DNA of 64,000 nucleotides from an uncultured delta proteobacterium (GTDB lineage Bacteria; Myxococcota; Myxococcia; Myxococcales; 40CM-4-68-19), in the NCBI GenBank assembly GCA_903911145.1, contig CAIWCD010000003.1, forward strand, positions 642 through 64,641, in the 5' to 3' direction. The notes under the pieces were generated by a model. It saw only the letters and a list, made by a program, of their open reading frames with translations. It did not search any database and was not told where the DNA came from. Shown piece after piece: positions 18,101 to 25,910 of this stretch. Position 1 is the first letter of the stretch. Each line of letters begins with the position of its first letter. Position numbers and translations under genes: made by a program.

Positions 18101-21100
18101 CCGTCGCCGAGCAGCACGGAGATGTTGCTGCTGTCGCTGTTGGTTGCGACGAGATCGGGCTTTCCATCGCCGTTGAGATCGCCGACCCGAACCTGGCGCG
18201 GCTTCGCGCCGGCACCGTAAAGCGCCGCGGTTGCGAATGAGAGTCCGTCGGCGACCGCGATGTTGGTCGAGGCCTGCGTCGCGCTTCCGAACTGCCCGTC
18301 GATCGCCGCGCGCACGCGCAGCGAGACGCTGGCATTGGTGTGCGGGCCGAAATCGGACGTCGTGTTCCAGAGGAAGGTGTGCGCGACTCCCGCCGGACTC
18401 GTCGTCACTCCAGAGACGCCTGCGCTCGCTCCCAACGCGCTTCCACTCTGCGTCGCACGCGGGTATGGCCCGACGCCGGCGAACCCGTTTCCCGAAGCGT
18501 CGTACTCGATGATGACGTCGACCGGCCACGACTGCCCCTGGCTCACCGTGTAGCTGATCGGCGCGCAGCCGCTCGCGCTGTTTCCCGCGACGGCGAAGCT
18601 CGCGACGTGCGGCGGCCCGAGGATGAACAGAGGGTTTCCACTCGTCGCCAGGCCACCCGGCGTCGTCACCGCGATTGTTCCACTCGTCGCCCCCGCAGGG
18701 ACGGTCGTGCGGATCTGCGTCGCGCTGTCGATGGTGAATGACGTCGCCGAGGTGCCGTGGAACGAGAGCACCGTCGCGCCGCTCAAGTGCGTGCCGTTGA
18801 CGGTGATCGGTGCGCCGACGGGAAGAGCGCTCGCGCTGAAGCGAGTCAGCGATGGCGAAGGAGTGCCGCCGCCCGAACCGCCTGCGCTGCCGCCGCCGGC
18901 CCCGCCGCCACTGCCTCCCCCCGGGCTTCCGCCGCCCGAACCGCCTCCGCTCCCGCCGCCCGGATTCGCCGCGATGAACTTCACGCTGGTCGAGACGGTG
19001 AATGCGTTCTGGCCCGCGCCGATGGTGGCGACGACCGTCTTGCTCTCCGCATCGGTGGAGACGAGCGACGAATCGAACAGCCCCGTCGGGTCGGTCGCTC
19101 CGCCGGCAGGCGTGAATGTGTCGTCCTTGCCGTTCTGCGCGTCGATGATCGAGAGCTGGACTGGCCAATTCCCGACGACGTTGAGGAACCGATCGCAGGC
19201 AGTCACAACGAGGAGCGCGGCGCTGCTCCCGTCAGCGGGGAATGTCTGCCCCCCGTTCGTGCAGATGACGCTTGAGCAGTTCGCAGACGGAGGACCAGCA
19301 ACAAACGGGGCGCTCGCTGTGGCGACGAACGACGAGCTGCCGCTTGCGAGGAGTAGCTCACTCTGCGCCTGAATCACGTTGTCGCCCGCCAGCGTGCTCT
19401 TCACCTCAGAGACGAAGAGCCCGTTCAGATCGGTCACGCCCAACGCTTGCGCGACGCCATTGCTCAGAGAGTCGGACACGAGCACGAGCTGCCCGCTCGC
19501 CGGATTTCCCTGCGCGTCCTCGAGTTGCACGGTCACGGTGTAGTGCGACGAACCATCGGCGATGACCGGACTGCTCGAGCCGGTCACCGTCATGTGCGAT
19601 CTGCTCTGGTCGGGAGGACCGGCGACGAACGTCACCGCCGCAGTCGCGTTGCTCGCCTGCGCGATCGCCGAGACGATCTTGGTCTCCGCCGTCGTCGAGG
19701 AGAGCGTCGCGCTGAAGCTGCCGTTGACGTCCGTGATGCTGCTGATCGTGTTCTTGCCGTTCGCGGCGAAGCTGTCGTGCGCGCCGCTCGCGTTCAGCGT
19801 CACGGCCATTCCAGACACCGGAGTTCCGCTCGCGCTCTTCACCTGCGCGGTCACGACTGCGGTCGCGACTCCATCGGCGACGACCTGCGTGGGCGAGGCG
19901 GAGAGCGTGAGTTGCAGTGAGCTCGCGGTCGGCGTGAAGACGACGGTCGCGCTCGCGATCGCGCTGCTGGCTCCCGCCAGCCCCACGGAAACCGTCTCGC
20001 TCTGCGCCGTCGCCGAGGTGAGCAGAGCGATGAAGATGCCGCCCGCGTTGGTCTGGCCGCTCACCGTGCTGCCGCTATGACCTCCAGCGGAGAACGTGTT
20101 GCCCGTACCGCTCGCAGAGAGCGTCACCGATTGGTTCGCAATCGGATTTCCATTCGAATCGGAGAGCACGACCAGGAGCGAGATGGTTCCGCCGGCCGAC
20201 ACGCTCGACGGGCTCGCGCTGATCGACGATTGAGTCGCGCTCGCCGTACCTGCAATGAAGCTGATGGCCAGAGACGCGGTGAGCGCGCCCGCACTTGCCG
20301 TGACGATCTCGACGCCTGCGCGCCGAGACGAGAGCGCGAGGGAGAACTGGCCCGACGAATCGCTCGTACCGCTGCTGGTCGCGTTCGCGCCATTGCCGCT
20401 CGTGCCCAGCGTGATCGCCTGATTCGCGATCGCGTTGCCGGCCGTGTCCTGCAGCGTCGCCGTCACGGTCGTGGTGGTGCTCCCATCGGCGATGAGCTGG
20501 CTCGGCGATGCCGTGATCGTGAGTCGCTCACCGCCCGGCGAACTGGAGAACGAAACAGGCGCAGAGACGAGCGCACTCGACGCGTTGCCGAGCGTCGCGA
20601 ACACGGTCTCGTTCTGCACCGCGGATGACGTGAGCTGCGCGATGAAGAGCCCGCCGAGATTGGTGCTGCCGCTCACCGTGGCGCCGCTGGCGCTGCCGGC
20701 GTGAAAGGTGTTCGCGGTCCCGGTCGCGGAGAGTGTGAGCGGCTGGCCGGCGAGCGGATTTCCATTCGCGTCGGCGACGATCACCAGGAGCGACACGGTC
20801 CCGCCAGCGGAAACACTCGGCGGACTCACCGTGATCGACGACTGCGTTGCGCTCGCAGGTCCCGCGATGAAGGTCACCACTGTCGACAGCGTCGAAGTGC
20901 TCGCGCCCGCGCCCAGCGTGGCCGTGACGATCTTCGTCTCCGCGCGCAGCGACGCCAGGCTCGCGTGGAATGCGCCGTTCGCGTCGGTCGTCCCACTGCT
21001 GGTCACGCCCGCGTCAGCCTCGCCCGGCGCGAAGAGATTCTCACTGCCGGAGACGCTCAGTTGCACGGTCGCGCCAGAAAAGACGTTGCCGTCGAGATCG

Positions 21101-22527
21101 CGTGCGACGACGTCGATCGAAGCCACCGTCACGCCGTCGGCCACCAGCGCGCTCGGCGTCGCGATGATCGACGACGCGCTGCCGCTCGGTGCACCGGGCG
21201 TGAAGGTGACGATGGTGGAGAGAGAGAGCGACACGGTGCCGCTGATCACCGAGGCGGTGACGGTCTTGTCTCCCGCGACCGTCGACGCGAGCGTCGAGGA
21301 GAACGCACCGTTCAGATCGGTCGCGCCGCTCAAGCTGCTGACCTGGTTGCCCACGCCCGTCACCGAGAGCGCGACCGACTCACCCGTCAGCCGATCTCCC
21401 GCGCAGTCGCGCACCGTTACCGCCAACTGGATGTGCGAGATCCCGTCGGCCTTGGCGATGCTTGGAGTCGCAACGATCGACGACTGGGCCGCGCAGGGTG
21501 CGCCCGGGTTGATGTCGAACGGCGCGCTGGAGGTGCCGGCAAATCCCGCAGCGGTGGCCACCAGCGTGCATCCGCGCGCGGCGCGATCGAGCACGAGATC
21601 AGAGAAGATCGCGATGCCCGCGACGGCACTGATCGCGAGCGTCCCGGAAAGCAGCGCCGCGCCGCTCTGGCCGCTGCAGCCCGCGCCCAGCGCGACCGAG
21701 ACGGTGCCGGTTGCATGCGTGTTGAGATTTCCCTGCGCGTCGTTGAGCGCGACCTGCACGCCCGGCGCGACCGCGATGCCATTGACGACGCCGCTGGGCT
21801 GCACCGCAAACGAGAGTGACGCCGGAGGCCCGGTTGTCACATCGAACGCGGGGCTGTTGACCGCGGCCAATCCATTCGCCGTCGCACCGAGGACGTACCC
21901 CTGCGCGGCCTGCGCGATCGACAGATTCGGAAAGCTCGCGATCCCGTTCACCGCCGCGCTGGTCAAGGTCCCGCCCAGCGTCCCGGCCCGACCCGGCGCG
22001 AGCGCGACCGAGATGGAGGTTCCCGCATCCGCGACCACGTTGCCGAACGAATCCTGGATCGACAGTTCGATCGGCGGCGCGATCACCGTGCCGGCCTGCG
22101 CGCTCGAGGGGGGAATGTTGAACGCAAGCTTCGCCCCCGGCCCGGAGATGAACTCGAGCGAGAGCGGGTGCGCGAGCGCGCTGCCACCGACGATGGTTGC
22201 CGTCACGCTCTTCACGCCCGCGCTGGTGGCGGTCACGCGCGCTGTCGTCCTGCCGCTCGCATCGGTCGCCGCCGCCTGCGTGATCGAGACGCCGGTGCCA
22301 GTCGCGGCCACGGCCACGTGCATCCCCGCGAGCGGCTTCGACTGAGCGTTCACGATCGTCACCGTGATCACCGCGTCGTCAGAGCCGTTCGCGATCAGGC
22401 CGCGCAGGCGATCGCTCGTCACGGTCGACTTGCCAGGATCGGGCGACGGCGACGTCGGCGACGAGCTGCTCGAGCAGGCGACCAGCACCGCGAGCGACAG
22501 AAAGAGAACGAGACGGACGTGCGCCAT
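15139..22527 (-). CDS. giant surface lipoprotein (~2462 aa): tandem Ig-like (Big-type) domains, Gly/Ser linker, IPT/TIG domain, ~20 FG-GAP/VCBS repeats
   Basis: The start was moved to the ATG at 22525-22527 (MAHVRLVLFLSLAVLVACSSS lipobox, SD gaggag 8 nt upstream). Repeated (D/N)xNxDGxxD(L/I)VVAN motifs and repeated ~100-aa T/S/A/V-rich beta domains are present. The 200-aa upstream extension overlaps the divergent gene and was rejected. Confidence 0.9.
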   Translation of the reverse strand: MAHVRLVLFLSLAVLVACSSSSSPTSPSPDPGKSTVTSDRLRGLIANGSDDAVITVTIVNAQSKPLAGMHVAVAATGTGVSITQAAATDASGRTTARVTATSAGVKSVTATIVGGSALAHPLSLEFISGPGAKLAFNIPPSSAQAGTVIAPPIELSIQDSFGNVVADAGTSISVALAPGRAGTLGGTLTSAAVNGIASFPNLSIAQAAQGYVLGATANGLAAVNSPAFDVTTGPPASLSFAVQPSGVVNGIAVAPGVQVALNDAQGNLNTHATGTVSVALGAGCSGQSGAALLSGTLAISAVAGIAIFSDLVLDRAARGCTLVATAAGFAGTSSAPFDINPGAPCAAQSSIVATPSIAKADGISHIQLAVTVRDCAGDRLTGESVALSVTGVGNQVSSLSGATDLNGAFSSTLASTVAGDKTVTASVISGTVSLSLSTIVTFTPGAPSGSASSIIATPSALVADGVTVASIDVVARDLDGNVFSGATVQLSVSGSENLFAPGEADAGVTSSGTTDANGAFHASLASLRAETKIVTATLGAGASTSTLSTVVTFIAGPASATQSSITVSPPSVSAGGTVSLLVIVADANGNPLAGQPLTLSATGTANTFHAGSASGATVSGSTNLGGLFIAQLTSSAVQNETVFATLGNASSALVSAPVSFSSSPGGERLTITASPSQLIADGSTTTTVTATLQDTAGNAIANQAITLGTSGNGANATSSGTSDSSGQFSLALSSRRAGVEIVTASAGALTASLAISFIAGTASATQSSISASPSSVSAGGTISLLVVLSDSNGNPIANQSVTLSASGTGNTFSAGGHSGSTVSGQTNAGGIFIALLTSATAQSETVSVGLAGASSAIASATVVFTPTASSLQLTLSASPTQVVADGVATAVVTAQVKSASGTPVSGMAVTLNASGAHDSFAANGKNTISSITDVNGSFSATLSSTTAETKIVSAIAQASNATAAVTFVAGPPDQSRSHMTVTGSSSPVIADGSSHYTVTVQLEDAQGNPASGQLVLVSDSLSNGVAQALGVTDLNGLFVSEVKSTLAGDNVIQAQSELLLASGSSSFVATASAPFVAGPPSANCSSVICTNGGQTFPADGSSAALLVVTACDRFLNVVGNWPVQLSIIDAQNGKDDTFTPAGGATDPTGLFDSSLVSTDAESKTVVATIGAGQNAFTVSTSVKFIAANPGGGSGGGSGGGSPGGGSGGGAGGGSAGGSGGGTPSPSLTRFSASALPVGAPITVNGTHLSGATVLSFHGTSATSFTIDSATQIRTTVPAGATSGTIAVTTPGGLATSGNPLFILGPPHVASFAVAGNSASGCAPISYTVSQGQSWPVDVIIEYDASGNGFAGVGPYPRATQSGSALGASAGVSGVTTSPAGVAHTFLWNTTSDFGPHTNASVSLRVRAAIDGQFGSATQASTNIAVADGLSFATAALYGAGAKPRQVRVGDLNGDGKPDLVATNSDSSNISVLLGDGTGSFGLAASYDAGTFPFGLALGDLNRDGKLDVVTANNTGNNVSVFLGLGDGGLAAAVNYAAGNGPESVAIGDLDNDGKPDLVVCNFYDNTLSVMLGRGDGTFAAATNFDTAGGASQSVVLGDLNGDGKLDAVVVNRSTHNVSVLLGRGDGSFGQAVNYAVGSFSQAVTIGDINGDGRPDIAASNASDNTVSILLGNGDGTFQAHIDYPSGNFPQSAAIADMNHDGIPDLIAGASVMLGLAGGGFAAPVTYPVSDSTAMTVADVNRDGKLDIVFANLSNNSVSVLLNQEPAACESSLAAPLSERVGSSPSAVLVADFNGDGKPDAVVANAGQPTLAVLLGEGNGRFFAASSLAVNGTPMQLVAGDFDGDGKLDLVAVEGASGDFSFLSGRGDGTFSGAITSTSGNGGVAVAAGDIDGDGISDIVVANSGDNNVVIFKGIAGTGPFNYIGPFPVGRSPDAVALADLNEDGIPDIIVANSADNSISILISDGAGGYAAQVTHPVGNTPMSIAIADLNGDGIPDIAVANQQGNTVSVLRGRGDGTVTDAVDYTVQGVLWSIAIADMNGDGVPDLVVADEFNGDISVLDGVGNGTFGAAAVLASGPRPYSVALADINGDGKMDFLVANHGVDIVSVVLGEGHGTFATVSSFATGSAPDALAMADLNGDGKLDLVVANSNSSSVSILHGNGDGTFAAAVNAAVGAVPSGVAVGDLNGDGIPDLAVSDYNDQSVSVLLGRSNGTYFPAVKYTVPVTPTGITIGDFNGDGKSDLAVVNVNGNNEGLSILLGNGNGTFASAVSYATQGNWPVSVEAADLNGDGKLDLVVVNSGGGASGNQTISVLLGNGDGTFPSVTLYPVGAAPMGVAIADLNGDGKPDLAVCNSGDATVSILLGTGHGTFVNASPATYQVGSGPSAIAVKDMNGDGKPDLVVASGSLSILYGVGDGTFSGASQYPVGSSVAIGVAVGDLDGDGKPDIAITNYGGASAAVVLGR
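18838..18965. repeat. simple-sequence (ccgccgcc / gcc) tract encoding a (GGGS)n-like flexible linker in the giant gene
   Basis: The minus-strand translation is NPGGGSGGGSGGGSPGGGSGGGAGGGSAGGSGGGTPS. Confidence 0.7.
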
Positions 22528-22665
22528 GGTGGCTCCTCGCGTGAGCTTTCGCCGCGGTTGCGCGCGGAGCTTGGGCCATCCGGGTGGAACGGCGTCAAGC
22601 GCAATGAGCAGGTCTCGCTCCCCCGTTGACGCCTCGGGCGTAGGGGAGGAGTGTTTCCGGTCGCG
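22528..22665. promoter_or_regulatory. divergent intergenic region between giant FG-GAP gene and small-paralog array; presumed divergent promoters
   Basis: A 138-bp non-coding gap separates two divergently oriented first codons. It contains TTGACG on the minus strand and a near-miss sigma-54-like TGGAAC-N..GC on the plus strand. Neither is convincing. Confidence 0.3.
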
Positions 22666-23145
22666 ATGATCGATCTGGATACCAGCGCGTGGGCCCGCAT
22701 CGGCGAAACCACCAACACCGAATACTTTGTGATCGAACCGGGCATCGTCGCGGTGGTGCCCCGCAAGGGCGCCATCGACGTGTTCGAGACGGCGCAGGAG
22801 AACGTCAACTTCGTCAATGAGCACGGCCGCCGCGAAGGTCGCCCGGTGGTGATGGTCGTCTTCTTTGATCGGCTTGCGGCGCAGGACAGCTCTGCCCGCA
22901 AGGTCTACAGCGCTGGCCCGGATCCAACCGCCGTCTGTGGAGGCGCGATGCTCGGAGGCGGCCTGCTCGGCCGCGCGGTCGCGAGTGTCTTCCTCGCCAT
23001 CGTCAAGCCCAAGGTCGTGTTCCGGATGTTCGGGGCCTACGATGAAGCGCTCGCGTGGGCGCGATCTCTTCACGCCGCCCAGAGGCCGACGTCCAACCCG
23101 CCCAGCGCGGTCCCCACTCATGATCAAGATCGGCGGCGCGCATGA
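22666..23145 (+). CDS. small paralog A1 of unrecognised ~145-aa family (possibly STAS/SpoIIAA-like fold)
   Basis: MIDLDTSAWARIGETTNTEYFVIEPGIVAVVPRKGAIDVFETAQENVNFVNEHGRREGRPVVMVVFFDRLAAQDSSARKVYSAGPDPTAVCGGAMLGGGLLGRAVASVFLAIVKPKVVFRMFGAYDEALAWARSL. The start context cgcgATGATCG is shared by all copies. The stop overlaps the next start (ATGA). Confidence 0.7.
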   Translation: MIDLDTSAWARIGETTNTEYFVIEPGIVAVVPRKGAIDVFETAQENVNFVNEHGRREGRPVVMVVFFDRLAAQDSSARKVYSAGPDPTAVCGGAMLGGGLLGRAVASVFLAIVKPKVVFRMFGAYDEALAWARSLHAAQRPTSNPPSAVPTHDQDRRRA

Positions 23146-23582
23146 TCGTCGCCGACACCAGCGGCTGGAAGTTCATTGGCGACACGGCCAACGCGAAGCT
23201 CTTCGAGGTGGAGCCCCGGATCGTCGCCGTCGACCCGCGCATCGGCGCGCATGACACAGTCGCGACCGCGACGACGAACCTGGAAGTTGGCTCGCGATAC
23301 CTCGCAAGCTGCGGCGGCGGCATCGTGCTCGTCTACTTCGACCAGCTCGCAGGCCAGGAGTGGGCGGCCCGGCGGGTCTACCGACGCTACGACCCAGCGG
23401 TCTGCTTCGGCCTGGGCCTGATCGGCGGAACCCCTCTCGCCCGCGCGATGATGTCGTTCTTCCTCGGCCTTGCACGCGTCCCGAATCTTCCCACCAAGGT
23501 GTTCGGGAGCGCAGAGGAGGCCGTGCAGTGGGCCCGCGCCAGCATCGGAGCACGCAGCGTGCGCGCGGCGGCGGCCTCGTAG
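23142..23582 (+). CDS. small paralog B1 (subtype B) of same family
   Basis: MIVADTSGWKFIGDTANAKLFEVEPRIVAVDPRIGAHDTVATATTNLEVGSRYLASCGGGIVLVYFDQLAGQEWAARRVYRRYDPAVCFGLGLIGGTPLARAMMSFFLGLARVPNLPTKVFGSAEEAVQWARA. Confidence 0.7.
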   Translation: MIVADTSGWKFIGDTANAKLFEVEPRIVAVDPRIGAHDTVATATTNLEVGSRYLASCGGGIVLVYFDQLAGQEWAARRVYRRYDPAVCFGLGLIGGTPLARAMMSFFLGLARVPNLPTKVFGSAEEAVQWARASIGARSVRAAAAS

Positions 23583-23641
23583 ACCGGACGAGGCGCCTGG
23601 GTTGACGGCTCGTTCGCGAGGGAGGAGTCTCGTCACTCACG

Positions 23642-24088
23642 ATGATCGTTCCGGACACCAGCGGATGGACGCGCGTCGGCGAAACCTCCAACGTCGATTA
23701 CTTCTCCATCGAGCCGGGGCTCCTCGCGATGGTGCCCCACCAGGGAGGCATCGACGGGCGAGAGACGGCGCAGGCCAACTCTCGCTTCGTCAATGAGTAT
23801 GGCCGCCGCGCTGGTCGGCCCATCGTCCTCGTCTCCTACTTTGATGGGACTGCGTCGCTCGATAGCGCAGCCCGCAAGGTCTACAACGACGAGGCAGACC
23901 CCACCAACGTCTGCGGAGCCGCGCTGATCGGCGGCAGCATGCTCGGCCGGGCGATCGCGAACGTCTTTCTCGCCCTCGTCAAGCCGAAGGGCATGGTGTT
24001 TCGCGTGTTCGGGAACTCCAGCGAGGCGCTCGCCTGGGCGCGAAGGCTCTACGCCGCCCAGCATCCCGACGAGCGTGCGTCCGCTTGA
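23642..24088 (+). CDS. small paralog A2
   Basis: MIVPDTSGWTRVGETSNVDYFSIEPGLLAMVPHQGGIDGRETAQANSRFVNEYGRRAGRPIVLVSYFDGTASLDSAARKVYNDEADPTNVCGAALIGGSMLGRAIANVFLALVKPKGMVFRVFGNSSEALAWARRL. The upstream leader is gggaggagtctcgtcactcacgATGATCG. Confidence 0.7.
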   Translation: MIVPDTSGWTRVGETSNVDYFSIEPGLLAMVPHQGGIDGRETAQANSRFVNEYGRRAGRPIVLVSYFDGTASLDSAARKVYNDEADPTNVCGAALIGGSMLGRAIANVFLALVKPKGMVFRVFGNSSEALAWARRLYAAQHPDERASA

Positions 24089-24177
24089 CGTCCGTTGCGA
24101 TGGGGCGCACTCGCGGCGCGGAAGCTCTGGCTGCGCTGGTTGACGCCACATTCGGGAGCGCGGATTCTCCAATCACG

Positions 24178-24609
24178 ATGATCGAGCCCGACATCAGTGG
24201 ATGGACTCGCGTCGGCGCGACCTCCAACGCGGACTACTTCACCGTCGAGCCAGGGATCCTCGCGCTCGTTCCGCACAAGGGCGCCGTGGACGTGCGCGCG
24301 ACCGCGCTCGACAATGCGAACGTCATCAACGACTACGGCCGCCGCGCCGGTCGACCCGTGGCCGTGATTGCCTTCTTTGATCGAATTGGCTCGCTCGATA
24401 GCGCGGCACGCAGGACCTACAGCGAAGAGGCGGATCCAACGACTGTCTGCGCAGTGGCGATGGTCGGCGGCGCCCTGCTCGGCCGCGCGATGGCGAGCGT
24501 ATTCCTCGCCATCGTCAGGCCGCCGGGCCTGCAGTTCCGATTGTTCGGGACCTATGACGAAGCAGTCGCCTGGGGTCGAACGCTCGTCGCAGAACACGGG
24601 GCCGGTTGA
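24178..24609 (+). CDS. small paralog A3
   Basis: MIEPDISGWTRVGATSNADYFTVEPGILALVPHKGAVDVRATALDNANVINDYGRRAGRPVAVIAFFDRIGSLDSAARRTYSEEADPTTVCAVAMVGGALLGRAMASVFLAIVRPPGLQFRLFGTYDEAVAWGRTL. The start was moved to the internal ATG at 24178, matching the other copies. Confidence 0.65.
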   Translation: MIEPDISGWTRVGATSNADYFTVEPGILALVPHKGAVDVRATALDNANVINDYGRRAGRPVAVIAFFDRIGSLDSAARRTYSEEADPTTVCAVAMVGGALLGRAMASVFLAIVRPPGLQFRLFGTYDEAVAWGRTLVAEHGAG

Positions 24610-24645
24610 CCCGTCGATCGCACGGAAGGAGGCTGCTCAATCACG

Positions 24646-24968
24646 ATGATCGACCTGGACACCAGCGGATGGCCGCGGGTCGGCCCGTCGTCGTCGTCGC
24701 CTTCTTCGACCGGACCGCTTCAGGCGATAGCGCTGCCCGCAAGGTCTACAACACCGAGGCGGATCCAACGACCGTGTGCGCAGCCGCGCTGCTGGGCGGA
24801 AGCATGCTCGGCCGCGCGGTCGCAAACGTCTTCCTGGCCATCGTCAAGCCCACGGGAATTCAGTTCCGCGTCTTCGGGGAGTACGACGAGGCACTTGCCT
24901 GGGCGCGAAAGATCTATCTCTCGCAGGGACCGGTCTCGCGCCCGCCGCGCGCTGTCGTTCACCCGTGA
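24646..24968 (+). pseudogene. small paralog A4, disrupted (internal deletion of ~40 codons plus frameshift)
   Basis: It starts MIDLDTSGWPRVG, then shifts frame. The conserved C-terminal half (RPVVVVAFFDRTASGDSAARKVYNTEADPTTVCAAALLGGSMLGRAVANVFLAIVKPTGIQFRVFGEYDEALAWARKI) is read in the frame of ORF 24606. Confidence 0.5.
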
Positions 24969-24986
24969 TCAGGATCGGCGACGCGG

Positions 24987-25427
24987 ATGATCGTTCCTGA
25001 AACCACCGGCTGGAAATTCCTCGTCGAGACGGCCAACGCCAGGCTGTTCGAACCCGAGCCCCGGATCGTCGCGGTCGAGCCGCACCGTGGCGCGCAGGAC
25101 ACGGTTGTGACGGCGACGGCAAATCTGGAAGCGGGCTCACGCCACCTCGCGAGCTGCGGCGGCGGAATCGTGCTCGTCTACTTCGATCTGCTCACGGGCC
25201 AGGAGTGGGGCGCCCGGCGCGTCTACCGCTGCACGGACGCGTCGATCTGCTTCGGGCTGGCGCTGATCGGCGGCACTCCGCTCGCACGCGCGATGATGTC
25301 GTTCTTCCTCGGCCTCGCCCGCGACACGAAGCTTCCAACCAAGGTGTTCGGGAACACGGAGGACGCAGTGAAGTGGGGCCGCGCACTGATCGAGGCGCGC
25401 AGCCAGATGGCAACTGCGTCCACGTAG
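24987..25427 (+). CDS. small paralog B2 (subtype B)
   Basis: MIVPETTGWKFLVETANARLFEPEPRIVAVEPHRGAQDTVVTATANLEAGSRHLASCGGGIVLVYFDLLTGQEWGARRVYRCTDASICFGLALIGGTPLARAMMSFFLGLARDTKLPTKVFGNTEDAVKWGRA. It is about 85% identical to B1. Confidence 0.7.
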   Translation: MIVPETTGWKFLVETANARLFEPEPRIVAVEPHRGAQDTVVTATANLEAGSRHLASCGGGIVLVYFDLLTGQEWGARRVYRCTDASICFGLALIGGTPLARAMMSFFLGLARDTKLPTKVFGNTEDAVKWGRALIEARSQMATAST

Positions 25428-25454
25428 CGAGGTCGCGTCGTTTCGACGAGCCGC

Positions 25455-25910
25455 TCACTGCAGGCAGAGGCGCTCGAGGCGCGCGGCCAATTCGGTCATG
25501 CTCTCACTGCTCGACGAGATCTCGAGCGGAGCAAGCTCCTCGCGCAGCCGCTGCTCCCTCGCCGCATTGTCGAGATCCGCGCAGAGCAGGGCCGGCAGCA
25601 GCTCGCCGCGCAGGCGCAGCGCACGCAGCATCACCAGCCCCTGAACCGGAGCGAGCTGCGCGGCCGTCTCGGCAAGCGCGGGCGCGCCGTCCACATCGAC
25701 GAGCGCAGCAGCGGGCGTTCGGGAAAAGTCGAGATCGAAGACCAGCATAGAGGGTCGCACGCCGCTCTCCGGAGCGAGCTTCGCGAGCAGCTCGGCGAAC
25801 GAGCCGGCCCGCTCGAACTGGAAATGCGCGCCGAGCAAGCGGCTGAACCGTTCGCTGTACTCGTCGCCATCTTCGGCGATCAGCACGCGCGGCAACCTGC
25901 TCTCGCTCAT
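25455..25910 (-). CDS. stand-alone response-regulator receiver domain protein
   Basis: The 151-aa product MSESRLPRVLIAEDGDEYSERFSRLLGAHFQFERAGSFAELLAKL...SMLVFDLDF is receiver-like. Its start overlaps the kinase stop (ATGA at 25907-25910). The start was moved from 25991. Confidence 0.7.
   Translation of the reverse strand: MSESRLPRVLIAEDGDEYSERFSRLLGAHFQFERAGSFAELLAKLAPESGVRPSMLVFDLDFSRTPAAALVDVDGAPALAETAAQLAPVQGLVMLRALRLRGELLPALLCADLDNAAREQRLREELAPLEISSSSESMTELAARLERLCLQ

Noticed and set aside
15430-22345. Many plus-strand ORFs inside the giant FG-GAP gene (15430..16287, 16603..17055, 16766..17353, 17431..18240, 18623..19372, 19562..20080, 20077..20628, 20701..21819, 20708..22345) and the minus-strand ORF 18068..19168
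   Set aside because: These are antisense or alternative frames of a 7.4-kb gene. They are Arg/Asp-rich or mirror-image low complexity with no start signals. The minus-strand frame carries coherent domain repeats.
22528-23127. 200-aa N-terminal extension of the giant minus-strand ORF (to 23127)
   Set aside because: It is Arg/Asp-rich junk, it overlaps the divergent paralog gene A1 on the other strand, and the internal ATG at 22527 has a good SD and is followed by a lipoprotein signal.
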